Below are positions 31,315 through 39,794 of a stretch of DNA of 64,000 nucleotides, in pieces (position 1 is the stretch's first letter; each line of letters begins with the position of its first letter). The DNA is taken from positions 2,528,001-2,592,000 of the forward strand of contig CBDBEV010000001.1 in the NCBI GenBank assembly GCA_965204535.1. The letters run 5' to 3'. The stretch comes from a bacterium (GTDB lineage Bacteria; UBA8248). Both the position numbers and the translations under genes were made by a program. The notes beneath the pieces are model-generated. The model had not been told where the DNA came from and did not search any database. It worked only from the letters and a program-made list of their open reading frames with translations.

Positions 31315-32532
31315 ATGGTGGATTACATTCTGGACGACGAACTGAAAGCCTGGCAGGGCAAGATCGCCGAATTCTCGAAAAACGAGTTGAGGCCGTACGC
31401 GGCCGAGTGGGACCGCCAAAACGGAATCGACCCGACGAGTTCTTTTCCCATGGACGCGCTCAGGAAAGCCTCCGCGGCGGGCATCCGGACGCTCACGACG
31501 CCGAAGGAGATGGGCGGGGAGGGTTTCGGCATTTTCGCGCACGTGGTCCTGCTGGAGGAGCTGTTCCAGGGCGAGGCGGGCTTCGCCTCCGTCATCCACC
31601 AGAACTGGAAGCTCGCCAAGATGCTCTGCCACTTCACCACCGAGGAGCAGCGCGCGGAGTTCCTGCCCCGCTACATGGACGTGGACACCTCCACCATGGC
31701 CATCGGCATGACGGAGCCCCAGGCGGGCACGGACAACATCATGCCCGCCACGAACGTCGACGGCGGCGCGCGGCTCTCCGCCGTGAGGCAGGGCGATACC
31801 TGGATACTGAACGGCAAGAAGCACTTCATCGCCTGCGCGTCGATGAGCAACATCAATTTCATCGTGGCGAGAACCAACCCGGACGTCCCCGTGAACGAGG
31901 GGACCACCATGTTCATCATGACGGACGAGATACCCGGCTTCCGGCACGGGATCATCCACGGAAAACTCGGCGCGCGCCTTCTGATGAACGGGGAACTCAT
32001 CTTCGAGAACGCCGAAGTGCCTGAAAAATGGCGGCTCAGCGAGGTGGACGGCGGCCTGCCCTACATGGCCCGCGTCTTCTCGCGCCACTCGCCGACCACG
32101 GCCACCTTCGGTATCGGCATCGCGCGCGCCGCCTTCGAGGACGCCCGCGCCTATGCCAGAGAGCGCGTCCAGGGCGGCAAGCCCATCATCGAGCACGCGC
32201 GGATACGCGAGATTCTCGCCGACATGTACGTGAGCATCACCGTCGCGCGCGACGCCGTCTGGCGCGCCGCCTGGCACGCGGATACGGCGGGGGACGACGA
32301 ATACGACCACAAGGAGGGCATGCGCGCCGCCCTGTTCGCCTCCGAGATGGCGCCCCAGGTCTGCATCAAGGGGATGAACATCTTCGGCGGCAACGGCTAC
32401 ATGGACACCCACCCGGCGGAACGCCACCTGCGCGACGCGATGATGTGCTACCACATCGACGGGCTGAACGACACGACGCGCTTGAAGCTCGGCGGCCTGC
32501 TGGCGGGAGAGGCCTTCGCGGGCGCGCTCTAG
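31315..32532 (+). CDS. Acyl-CoA dehydrogenase family protein
   Basis: GMTEPQAGTD, LNGKKHFI, RVQGGKPI, FGGNGY. Confidence 0.88.
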   Translation: MVDYILDDELKAWQGKIAEFSKNELRPYAAEWDRQNGIDPTSSFPMDALRKASAAGIRTLTTPKEMGGEGFGIFAHVVLLEELFQGEAGFASVIHQNWKLAKMLCHFTTEEQRAEFLPRYMDVDTSTMAIGMTEPQAGTDNIMPATNVDGGARLSAVRQGDTWILNGKKHFIACASMSNINFIVARTNPDVPVNEGTTMFIMTDEIPGFRHGIIHGKLGARLLMNGELIFENAEVPEKWRLSEVDGGLPYMARVFSRHSPTTATFGIGIARAAFEDARAYARERVQGGKPIIEHARIREILADMYVSITVARDAVWRAAWHADTAGDDEYDHKEGMRAALFASEMAPQVCIKGMNIFGGNGYMDTHPAERHLRDAMMCYHIDGLNDTTRLKLGGLLAGEAFAGAL

Positions 32533-33169
32533 GGGCCCTGCGCCAAGGGCGGATGCGGGCAAGTGCGGGGGTCAAAGCCGATTGATGAATGAGGCTTTGC
32601 CGGCGTGATGCGGTACGGGAGGAAATGCGGGCAGTTGCGGGGAAATGCGCGGGTTCCTGAAAAACTTTTTTTATCGCTTTATTTGAGTGTCCTGCGCTCA
32701 GATTTAAATGATAACTCTTTTTATTACAATCGGTTAAGTGATCAGAAATTGTCATCTATTTATCGAAAAACCCCGTGAATTTATCGCATTTTTCAGGAAT
32801 TCCCGAGGCGGCCCGAGAGATGTGCCCGTGCGCCCCCGGGCGGGCGCCGGGAATCGCCGGGGAACCGGCTCGTTTCATGGCGTCCTCCCGTTCGGTGACG
32901 ACGCGCCGGCCCGGCCCGGAGGTCGCCTGGAATCTTCTCCGCCGGAGTCGCATGGTTTCGGATACCCCCCCTTTCGCCGGGTGCGCCGTCTCGCTCCCGG
33001 CCTGAAAAACCCGGCCCTTTCCCGGGGCGCGGGCCGTGGTGTATTCTGGGCGCTGCGCGGGACCGGCGCGACGCGCAAATGCGGGCAAATGCCTGGTCGA
33101 ACGCGAGTGGGGGGTTCGGAGGAAATCACGCTTCACTCGCCCTGTTCGCCATCCTTCGGCTTGAAAAGC

Positions 33170-33337
33170 AACCCCCCCTACCCCCCCTTGTCAGGGGGGT
33201 ATAAAAAGGCAACGCCCCCCGCCGAGGGGTGGAAGAAAAGCCCCCCTTGTCGGGGGGTATGAAAAGGCGATGCCCGCCGCCGGAAGAGGGGTTTTGTTTT
33301 TTCTTGCCCCCCTGTTAAGGGGGGGTAGGGGGGGTTG
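33170..33337. repeat. Palindromic repeat family A
   Basis: Same terminal inverted arms as 1849-1990, with an internal partial duplication. Confidence 0.85.
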
Positions 33338-33392
33338 ACTGAATGGTGTTTCCCTTTCAGGGGAACAAAACCCAAGCCCCCGGGAGTATGAC

Positions 33393-33806
33393 ATGCTCAT
33401 CGTGAACGAGAGGCTCAAAATCCCGCTGCGCGAAATCCACTTCCAGTTCGCGCGCGCGGGCGGCCCCGGCGGGCAGAACGTCAACAAGGTCTCGACCAAG
33501 GCGGTGCTGCGCTGGAACATGGCGGCGTCTTCGAGCGCGCCCGAGGACGTGAAGGCGAGGCTCAGGACGCTCCACCCGCGCCGCGTGACGCGGGAGGGCG
33601 AGGTCGTCATCGCGAGCAGCCGCTTTCGCGATCAGGGCCGGAACGTCGCCGACTGCCTCGAAAAGCTCCGCGCCGCCCTGGCCGCCGCCGCCGACCCGCC
33701 CAAGCCGCGCCGCCCCACGCGCCCCACCCGCGCATCGGCCGAGAAGCGCTTGAAGGACAAGCGCCAACGCAGCGAGAAGAAGAGGATGAGGGGGAAGGTA
33801 GGGTAG
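33393..33806 (+). CDS. arfB: Alternative ribosome rescue peptidyl-tRNA hydrolase ArfB (YaeJ)
   Basis: GGPGGQNVNK motif and basic C-terminal tail (PRRPTRPT...KKRMR). Confidence 0.93.
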   Translation: MLIVNERLKIPLREIHFQFARAGGPGGQNVNKVSTKAVLRWNMAASSSAPEDVKARLRTLHPRRVTREGEVVIASSRFRDQGRNVADCLEKLRAALAAAADPPKPRRPTRPTRASAEKRLKDKRQRSEKKRMRGKVG

Positions 33807-33892
33807 GGGGGAGCTTTTTCTCTTGATTGGTTCGACCCTCAACAGATAGACTTCCGCAACATTCAGGCTCGTGTTGATTTGCATTTGCTTCT

Positions 33893-33916
33893 GTAGGGGA
33901 CGCTCGTGAACGGCCC
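33893..33916 (+). repeat. Single GTAG-REP (degenerate)
   Basis: GTAGGGGACGCTCGTGAACGGCCC, the inverted counterpart of 37049-37072. Confidence 0.65.
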
Positions 33917-33951
33917 GCATTGGATGAGGATTTTTGGAATTGAGGTGATTC

Positions 33952-35175
33952 ATGCAAGACCGAATTGATGAAGGAGTTCGAAATAACATCCGTCGTCGAG
34001 ATATTCTCCCGCAAGACAAACTTCCACCTGAACTCACTAAATGGCGTCGGCGCTTTCTCCGTATTGCCCGAATCGTGATGTTTCTAGCAATTTTATACAT
34101 CGTTATTATTTGTATTCAAATTATTTGGTTTCCAGATTCGGTTCCTGAATGTATTTGTTGGCCTTACCTTGCGTTAGCGGGATTTTTATCGGGGTTGGTT
34201 TCTGATTTCTTCATTCGACATTGGGTGCGTGTCCATGAATCTCGAAAAGAAGATCGAAGCGAGATTGAAGCACTAATCCAGGAAGCGAAAAACATTCAAC
34301 CAAGATTACTTGAACCAGAGAGGCCCGCGGGATTCGAAGTCAAGCATCAGCAGGTGCAGAAAGAGGTAGAACGGCTTACAGAAGAAGTGGGTCTCGAAGG
34401 ATGGACAGAGTTTCAGGTCCTCATCTTAGACCGCATGTTGATTGATTTCCTGCCGCTAGAGGACCTTAAAGCACGCGCACGATCTAGCCTGGATGAGCTT
34501 AGGGAATATGCATATGGAGAGGCATTTTCTTACAATGATAACTTTTATCGTAATTGGGAAGACAAAATTAACACCAACATAAACGACCTAGAGGAACTAG
34601 ACAAAGAAGTTGGTGAGGATGATGATCGTGCACAAAAAATAGATGATAAAGCTGAGGCCTTGCGTGCAAATCTTAGAGCGGTACGTGAACATGTAGCTGA
34701 ATATCGAGCCAAATGGGCAGAAGGCTCAACTATAGTTTGGGGCATCATATTTTGTGGATTAGCTTCAGTAGTTGTTTTCACTTTAATGGGAATTCTTCCC
34801 CTATTTTATCCAATACAGGATTGTTCCCCTTTATGTAACTATCGTTTGGGCATCCTTAACTGGGGGTTTCTAGGGATAGCGGGAGCAATAGCCATTGCAC
34901 TGCTTGATCTTCGCAACGCCAAGGAAGTTGAAGTTGCTGATACGGCTGGAAAGCAAGAACTATCGAGAGTATTGTTAAGTGCCCCACTTGGTCTTCTAGC
35001 TGGTGTTTTAGTTTTTTCAATTATTGCAGGGGAACTCATCAATAGTGGCTCTGCAGTTCCTAATTTGAGGAAATCTGAATTTAAGGATGCTTACCTTTCT
35101 ATCGCATGGGCGGTAGTTGCAGGTATGGGATTTGAAGGTGTATTTCAGCGTGTACGTCGTGCTGTGGAGTCCTAA
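33952..35175 (+). CDS. Hypothetical multi-pass membrane protein (2 N-terminal and about 4 C-terminal TM helices, helical soluble linker)
   Basis: 407-aa ORF in visibly AT-richer DNA; GAGGTG RBS; clear hydrophobic segments. Confidence 0.8.
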   Translation: MQDRIDEGVRNNIRRRDILPQDKLPPELTKWRRRFLRIARIVMFLAILYIVIICIQIIWFPDSVPECICWPYLALAGFLSGLVSDFFIRHWVRVHESRKEDRSEIEALIQEAKNIQPRLLEPERPAGFEVKHQQVQKEVERLTEEVGLEGWTEFQVLILDRMLIDFLPLEDLKARARSSLDELREYAYGEAFSYNDNFYRNWEDKINTNINDLEELDKEVGEDDDRAQKIDDKAEALRANLRAVREHVAEYRAKWAEGSTIVWGIIFCGLASVVVFTLMGILPLFYPIQDCSPLCNYRLGILNWGFLGIAGAIAIALLDLRNAKEVEVADTAGKQELSRVLLSAPLGLLAGVLVFSIIAGELINSGSAVPNLRKSEFKDAYLSIAWAVVAGMGFEGVFQRVRRAVES

Positions 35176-35256
35176 ATGAATCTAGTGCCGAGTAGCCCGG
35201 TTACGCATAGGACCCATAATGCTGTAGACGGGAGTGTAGAAAGGGCGGATAGCAGC

Positions 35257-35640
35257 ATGTCCGATCGACGAGCATATGGTTTTGAACTTATCCTTGACCT
35301 GCACGGATGTAAAACCGAGTTGTTCAACCGCGACTACATCGACAATTTTTTCTCCGATCTTTGCGAACTGATCGAAATGGAAAAGTGTGAAGTGCACTTC
35401 TGGGACGATGTAGGTGTTCCTGAGGAGCAGCAGCAGACGCTACCGCACACCAAAGGCACATCAGCCGTCTGTTTCATTTTGACGAGTACAATTGTCATTC
35501 ATACGCTGGATATTCTCGGCGCTGTTTACGTGAACATTTTTTCCTGCAAGCCCTTTGAACCAGACGTCGCGGCGGAATTTACGAGCAAACGCTTTAGGGC
35601 GGTAACCTTCAAAAAGACATTTATTGAACGCACATTGTGA
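35257..35640 (+). CDS. Pyruvoyl-dependent S-adenosylmethionine decarboxylase-like proenzyme (divergent)
   Basis: YGxELILDLHGC, GTSAVCFILTSTIVIHT, VYVNIFSCKPF match the SpeD/AdoMetDC class 1B pattern. ATG 35176 is an alternative start. Confidence 0.78.
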   Translation: MSDRRAYGFELILDLHGCKTELFNRDYIDNFFSDLCELIEMEKCEVHFWDDVGVPEEQQQTLPHTKGTSAVCFILTSTIVIHTLDILGAVYVNIFSCKPFEPDVAAEFTSKRFRAVTFKKTFIERTL

Positions 35641-35662
35641 TAAGTAGTGTAAGGAGAATGAA

Positions 35663-37033
35663 TTGCTTTTGAGAGAGTTGGAACTTGAACTGCCAATAGC
35701 ACTTGATAGGCAAAATGCGCTTTCACAAATTCGAGAAGCCGCACGTTTTCGGTTAACTGCTAATACCGCACCTCTCAGATTCGCGATTACGAAGTCAAAT
35801 GGTGGCCATGTCAGTTGTGCGATCAGCAGCTTAGAAACGTCGTCTGAATTAAACGAACTATCAGATATCTCCATATTCGATTTTGCACCGCGCAAGCATG
35901 AGAACACGAACCAGTTTAATGTCGCATTTTTGATTCCAACGGGTATAGGTGCCGAAATTGGTGGCCACGCGGGTGATGCGACGCCGACCGCAAGGCTGAT
36001 TGCCGAGACCTGCGATACATTGATTTTGCATCCCAACGTGGTCAACGCATCCGATATAAACGAGATGCTGGCAAATTCTCTATATGTCGAAGGTAGCGTA
36101 ATCGCTCGGTTGTTGATGGGCACTGTCGGTCTCGTTGCAACACGAGCCAACCGAGTGCTGGTCATTATTGATGCCCACAAAGACGATCTGTTCGTGAACG
36201 CCGCCATTAACGCAGTGAGTGCGGCGCGCTCATCCTACGGCTTGGTTTGTCCCGAAGTGATTAAACTTTCACCGCCACTGAAGATGAGGTCCGAGTTTAC
36301 CGAATTTGGTACCGCCGCTGGCGAAATCCGTGGTCTTGAACGGGTCTTTGCGGTGCTCGAAGAGCAAGAAGGGGAATACGATGCGGTGGCTATTTCCTCA
36401 GTAATCTCGGTTCCCGAGGAGTTCCACCAAGGATACTTCAATGCCGCAGGAGAAATGGTGAATCCTTGGGGCGGTGTGGAAGCTATGCTCACTCATGCCG
36501 TATCAAGTCGATTCAATATGCCCTCGGCCCATTCGCCGATGTTCGAAACCCAAGATATAGCGAATCGGGATCCAGGCGTGGTGGATCCGCGCATGGCAGC
36601 GGAAGCAATTTCCCTTACATTTTTCGAGAGTGTTTTGAAGGGGCTTCACAAAAGCCCAAGGATCGTTACCGATTCATCTCAGATGTCAGAGCCCGGCGTC
36701 ATATCGGCGGCTGACGTTTCGTGTTTGGTGATTCCTGATGGTTGCATTGGCTTGCCAACTCTCGCTGCGTTGGATCAGGGCATCAAGGTAATAGCCGTGC
36801 GAGAAAATAAGAACCTGATGGAAAATGATCTGACCATGCTTCCCTGGCGCTCCGACCAACTCCACATCGTCGAGAATTATTGGGAAGCGGCAGGCCTGCT
36901 CTGCGCGATTCGTGGCGGGATTGCTCCTGAGTCCGTTCGGCGGCCACTCAGTCACACTCGGGTCACGACACGGGAGTTTAACGAAACGGAGAGTGAACAG
37001 CTTCCAACGGAGAGGGCAAAGCATTTCGGCTAA
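35663..37033 (+). CDS. DUF3326 domain protein with N-terminal extension
   Basis: IPTGIGAEIGGHAGDA, LHPNVVNAS, NPWGGVEAMLTH, VDPRMAAEAIS, NYWEAAG. AAGGAG RBS before TTG. Confidence 0.82.
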   Translation: MLLRELELELPIALDRQNALSQIREAARFRLTANTAPLRFAITKSNGGHVSCAISSLETSSELNELSDISIFDFAPRKHENTNQFNVAFLIPTGIGAEIGGHAGDATPTARLIAETCDTLILHPNVVNASDINEMLANSLYVEGSVIARLLMGTVGLVATRANRVLVIIDAHKDDLFVNAAINAVSAARSSYGLVCPEVIKLSPPLKMRSEFTEFGTAAGEIRGLERVFAVLEEQEGEYDAVAISSVISVPEEFHQGYFNAAGEMVNPWGGVEAMLTHAVSSRFNMPSAHSPMFETQDIANRDPGVVDPRMAAEAISLTFFESVLKGLHKSPRIVTDSSQMSEPGVISAADVSCLVIPDGCIGLPTLAALDQGIKVIAVRENKNLMENDLTMLPWRSDQLHIVENYWEAAGLLCAIRGGIAPESVRRPLSHTRVTTREFNETESEQLPTERAKHFG

Positions 37034-37048
37034 ACAAATAAATCATCT

Positions 37049-37072
37049 GGGCCGCTCGCGAGCGGCCCCTAC
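37049..37072 (-). repeat. GTAG-REP
   Basis: GGGCCGCTCGCGAGCGGCCCCTAC. Same-orientation copy at 37304-37327; half copies at 37571-37586 and 39605-39620. Confidence 0.8.
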
Positions 37073-37221
37073 AGGTTGTCCAACCCCTCTCGCACCTGCT
37101 CCCCCGGCCTCTCGCTCGCGGCTTTCAGGAAATCCTCATCGACCGGGCGCTTGATGGCGTCAAGCCAGGCCCAATCATCTGGTTTCGGTTCGGGGGCGTC
37201 TTTCTCTTTTTCGGCTTCCAT
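37069..37221 (-). CDS. Small protein resembling the C-terminal half of a VapB/VagC antitoxin
   Basis: EPKPDDWAWLDAIKRPVDEDFLKAASERPGEQVR resembles VapB C-terminal regions. No AbrB-like N-terminal domain and no adjacent vapC. Confidence 0.55.
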   Translation of the reverse strand: MEAEKEKDAPEPKPDDWAWLDAIKRPVDEDFLKAASERPGEQVREGLDNL

Positions 37222-37348
37222 GTTCTTGCCTTCTATGTAAAGCGGCTTTCGATATGCTGAAGGGATACATCGCATGGATGGCCGGATGAATCAACAGGGC
37301 TGTGGGCCGCTCACGAGCGGCCCCTACGGAACCGGCGAGTTGCGGAAT

Positions 37349-37511
37349 CACTCCCCCCTTGAGGGGGAGTCGAAGGGGCCGAGCGTTTTTTGCGAAGGCC
37401 GATTCGGTGGGGGGTAAATCGCGTTTTTCGCCCACTCCGAATTATACCCCCCACCGGTTCGCTTGCGGGCTTGCGCCCTTACCTCACCGACTCCCCCTCA
37501 AGGGGGGAGTG
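37349..37511. repeat. Palindromic repeat family B
   Basis: CACTCCCCCCTTGAGGGGGAGTCG...CGACTCCCCCTCAAGGGGGGAGTG with internal GGTGGGGGG/CCCCCCACC arms. Confidence 0.9.
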
Positions 37512-37623
37512 ATTCTTGCACTTTCATTGGTCGCGTTAAACCCCCGTTCATTAGGATTTTTAAACAACCCCGCGAGCGGCCCCTACAACAGCACCTCCCC
37601 TATGTAACATTCCTCCCCAACCC

Positions 37624-37808
37624 TGAATAACGCACCCCCTTATTCAACTTATCCCCCATAAAGCTGAATAGCCTGCTCCACAAGCCATTTTCACCCCGCC
37701 TCTCCCGCTTCCCCATCCCCGTTATTCATTTTTACGAATGAACACTTAATAGCATTTCCTTTTATTCAGTTTTATGCTATATCTCTTAATAGTGATTCGG
37801 CTTATTCA
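37624..37808 (+). promoter_or_regulatory. Periodic 7-9-7 inverted-repeat array upstream of fic (putative operator array)
   Basis: T(G/T)AATA(A/G)-N9-TTATTCA. Left halves at 37624, 37665, 37746, 37786; right halves at 37640, 37722, 37762, 37802. Confidence 0.7.
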
Positions 37809-37844
37809 GCTTTCGCTTCATAACGCTTCATCAGGAGGTTCGCG

Positions 37845-39005
37845 GTGAGACGCGCAGAGACGGGCGCATACGAGACGACGACGTTCGGCGGCGAGGCCGT
37901 GCGCGCGTTCGTGCCCGCCCGCCTGCCGCCCAGGCCGCCGCTCGATCTGGCGGCCCTGAACGAGGAACTCGAGCGGGCGTCGCTCTCGCTGGGCCGCCTC
38001 GACAGCCTGGCCGCGCTTCTGCCCGACCCCCACGTCTTCCTCTACACCTACGTGCGAAAGGAGGCCGTGCTCTCCTCCCAGATCGAGGGTACGCAGTCCT
38101 CGCTCTCCGATCTGCTCATGTTCGAGGTGGAGGGGGCGCCGGGCGCGCCGGTTGACGACGTGGTCGAGGTATCGAACTACGTGGCGGCGCTCGAACACGG
38201 CTTAGCAAGGATGCGGGGGGATGATTTCCCGCTCTCGGCGCGCCTCATCTGCGAGATCCACGGCCGGCTGCTCGCGCGGGGCCGCGGCGCGGGCAAGAGC
38301 CCGGGCGAGTTCCGGCGCTCCCAGAACTGGATCGGCGGGAGCAGGCCGGGCGCGGCGCACTTCGTGCCCCCGCCGCCCCACCGGGTCGGCGAGTGCATGT
38401 CGGACCTGGAGCGCTTCTGGCACGCGGAGGACCTGAGGCTGTCGGCCTTGCTCCGCGCGGGTCTCGCGCACGTCCAGTTCGAGACCATCCACCCGTTCCT
38501 GGACGGGAACGGGCGCGTCGGGCGGCTGCTCATCACGCTCCTGCTCTGGCGCGAGGGCGCGCTCCGGGAGCCGATGCTGTACCTGAGCCTCTTCTTCAAG
38601 CAGCGCCGGGCGGATTACTACGCGCTCCTGGACGAGGTGCGCAAGAGCGGCGACTGGGAGGCGTGGCTCCTCTTCTTCCTGGAAGGCGTGGCCGAGACTT
38701 CCGATGCGGCCGTGGCGGCCGCGCACCGGGTGCTGGCGCTGTTCGATGCGGATCAGCTCCGGGCCGCGCAGACGGGCCGCGTGGCCGGTTCGGCGCTCCG
38801 CGTCTACCGGGCGCTCAAGGAGCGGCCCATCGCCTCGCTCGCACACGCGGTCGAGCATTCGGGCCTCTCGTTCCCGGCGGCGTCGAGCGGGATGCGGGCG
38901 CTCGAGCGGCTGGGGATCGTCCGCGAGCTCACGGGCAAGAGGCGCAACCGCCTGTTCGGCTACGAGGCGTACCTCTCGATCCTGAACGAGGGAACGGAGG
39001 TTTAA
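37845..39005 (+). CDS. Fic family protein (class II, N-terminal inhibitory motif, C-terminal winged HTH)
   Basis: Catalytic HPFLDGNGRVGR; inhibitory SSQIEG; AGGAGG RBS. Confidence 0.92.
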   Translation: MRRAETGAYETTTFGGEAVRAFVPARLPPRPPLDLAALNEELERASLSLGRLDSLAALLPDPHVFLYTYVRKEAVLSSQIEGTQSSLSDLLMFEVEGAPGAPVDDVVEVSNYVAALEHGLARMRGDDFPLSARLICEIHGRLLARGRGAGKSPGEFRRSQNWIGGSRPGAAHFVPPPPHRVGECMSDLERFWHAEDLRLSALLRAGLAHVQFETIHPFLDGNGRVGRLLITLLLWREGALREPMLYLSLFFKQRRADYYALLDEVRKSGDWEAWLLFFLEGVAETSDAAVAAAHRVLALFDADQLRAAQTGRVAGSALRVYRALKERPIASLAHAVEHSGLSFPAASSGMRALERLGIVRELTGKRRNRLFGYEAYLSILNEGTEV

Positions 39006-39038
39006 GGGGGGACCCGCAGTTTTGGGTCCCCCTTTGTT
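39004..39038 (+). terminator. Hairpin, possible intrinsic terminator after fic
   Basis: AAGGGGGGACCC-loop-GGGTCCCCCTT followed by TGTT. Confidence 0.45.
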
Positions 39039-39086
39039 AAAAGAGGGGCCGTTCACGAACGGCCCCGAAGAGGGAAGGTTTGGTCT

Positions 39087-39343
39087 GTAGGGGCCGCATA
39101 TATGCGGCCCGTGGCGGGCGGCGAAAAAGGCTGGGTCGCATATATGTCGGACATATATGTCCGACCTACACTCCCTTCGGCAAGGCGGAATCCCACCGCC
39201 GTCATTCCGGCGGATGCCGGAATCCAGAGCCGATGAGGTTCAAGGTGATCCGGTCTTTCATACCCTCATCCCTCGGATAGGAAGAGGCGAAGAGCAAAGG
39301 CGAAAGACAAAATCCCTGGATTCCGGCATGCGCCGGAATGACG
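39087..39343. repeat. Composite of a GTAG-REP pair and a CGTC-tagged palindrome pair (family D)
   Basis: GTAG pair at 39087-39169; CGTCATTCCGGC..GCCGGAATCCAG and CTGGATTCCGGC..GCCGGAATGACG at 39200-39343. Confidence 0.8.
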
Positions 39344-39363
39344 GCCGATGAGTGAGCAAGATA

Positions 39364-39544
39364 CACTCCCCCCTTGAGGGTCTGGCTTCCCGAGGGGAAA
39401 GCCCGACAGAGGCCGAGCGTTTTTTGCGAAGGCCGATTCGGTGGGGGGTAAATCGCGTTTTTCGCCAGTCCGAATTATACCCCCCACCAGTTCGCTTGCG
39501 GGCTTGCGCCCTTAGCTCACTGACTCCCCCTCAAGGGGGGAGTG
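39364..39544. repeat. Palindromic repeat family B (hairpin-insert subfamily)
   Basis: Near-identical to 37349-37511, plus the insert TCTGGCTTCCCGAGGGGAAAGCCCGAC. Confidence 0.9.
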
Positions 39545-39645
39545 GTTCTTACACTTTCATTGGTTGCGTTAAACCCTCGTTCATCAAAATTTTTTCAACA
39601 ACCCCGCGAGCGGCCCCTGCTCCTGAAAAAGCTGCCACGCTCCCA

Positions 39646-39757
39646 TTATTAAGATTTAACTCATAACCCTTAATAATGAAAACCCTTATTAAGCGTTCGT
39701 GCCATATGACTGAAAAACGGGCTTCGTTATTAAGTTTTTAGGCTTAAGTCTTAATAG
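39646..39757 (+). promoter_or_regulatory. Second 7-9-7 inverted-repeat array with no downstream gene
   Basis: Left halves at 39670, 39711, 39751; right halves (TTATTAA) at 39646, 39686, 39727. Same 9-nt spacer and 40-41 bp period as the first array. Confidence 0.65.
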
Positions 39758-39794
39758 TGGATTTTCTCAACTTTGGCGAATAAGCCTTGCTTCC

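Noticed and set aside
35257-35640. Assigning the symbol speD
   Set aside because: The cleavage motif is non-canonical and no speE is nearby, so function is not established.
37175-37607. Short ORFs with PLKGGV/PPLRG-like peptides (also near 39266, 43502, 46231, 59409)
   Set aside because: They are translations of family A/B repeats rather than independent genes.
37624-37808. Mini-CRISPR or plasmid iterons for the 40-41 bp periodic array
   Set aside because: The conserved part is only a 7-9-7 inverted motif, and there is no rep or cas gene. An operator array fits better.
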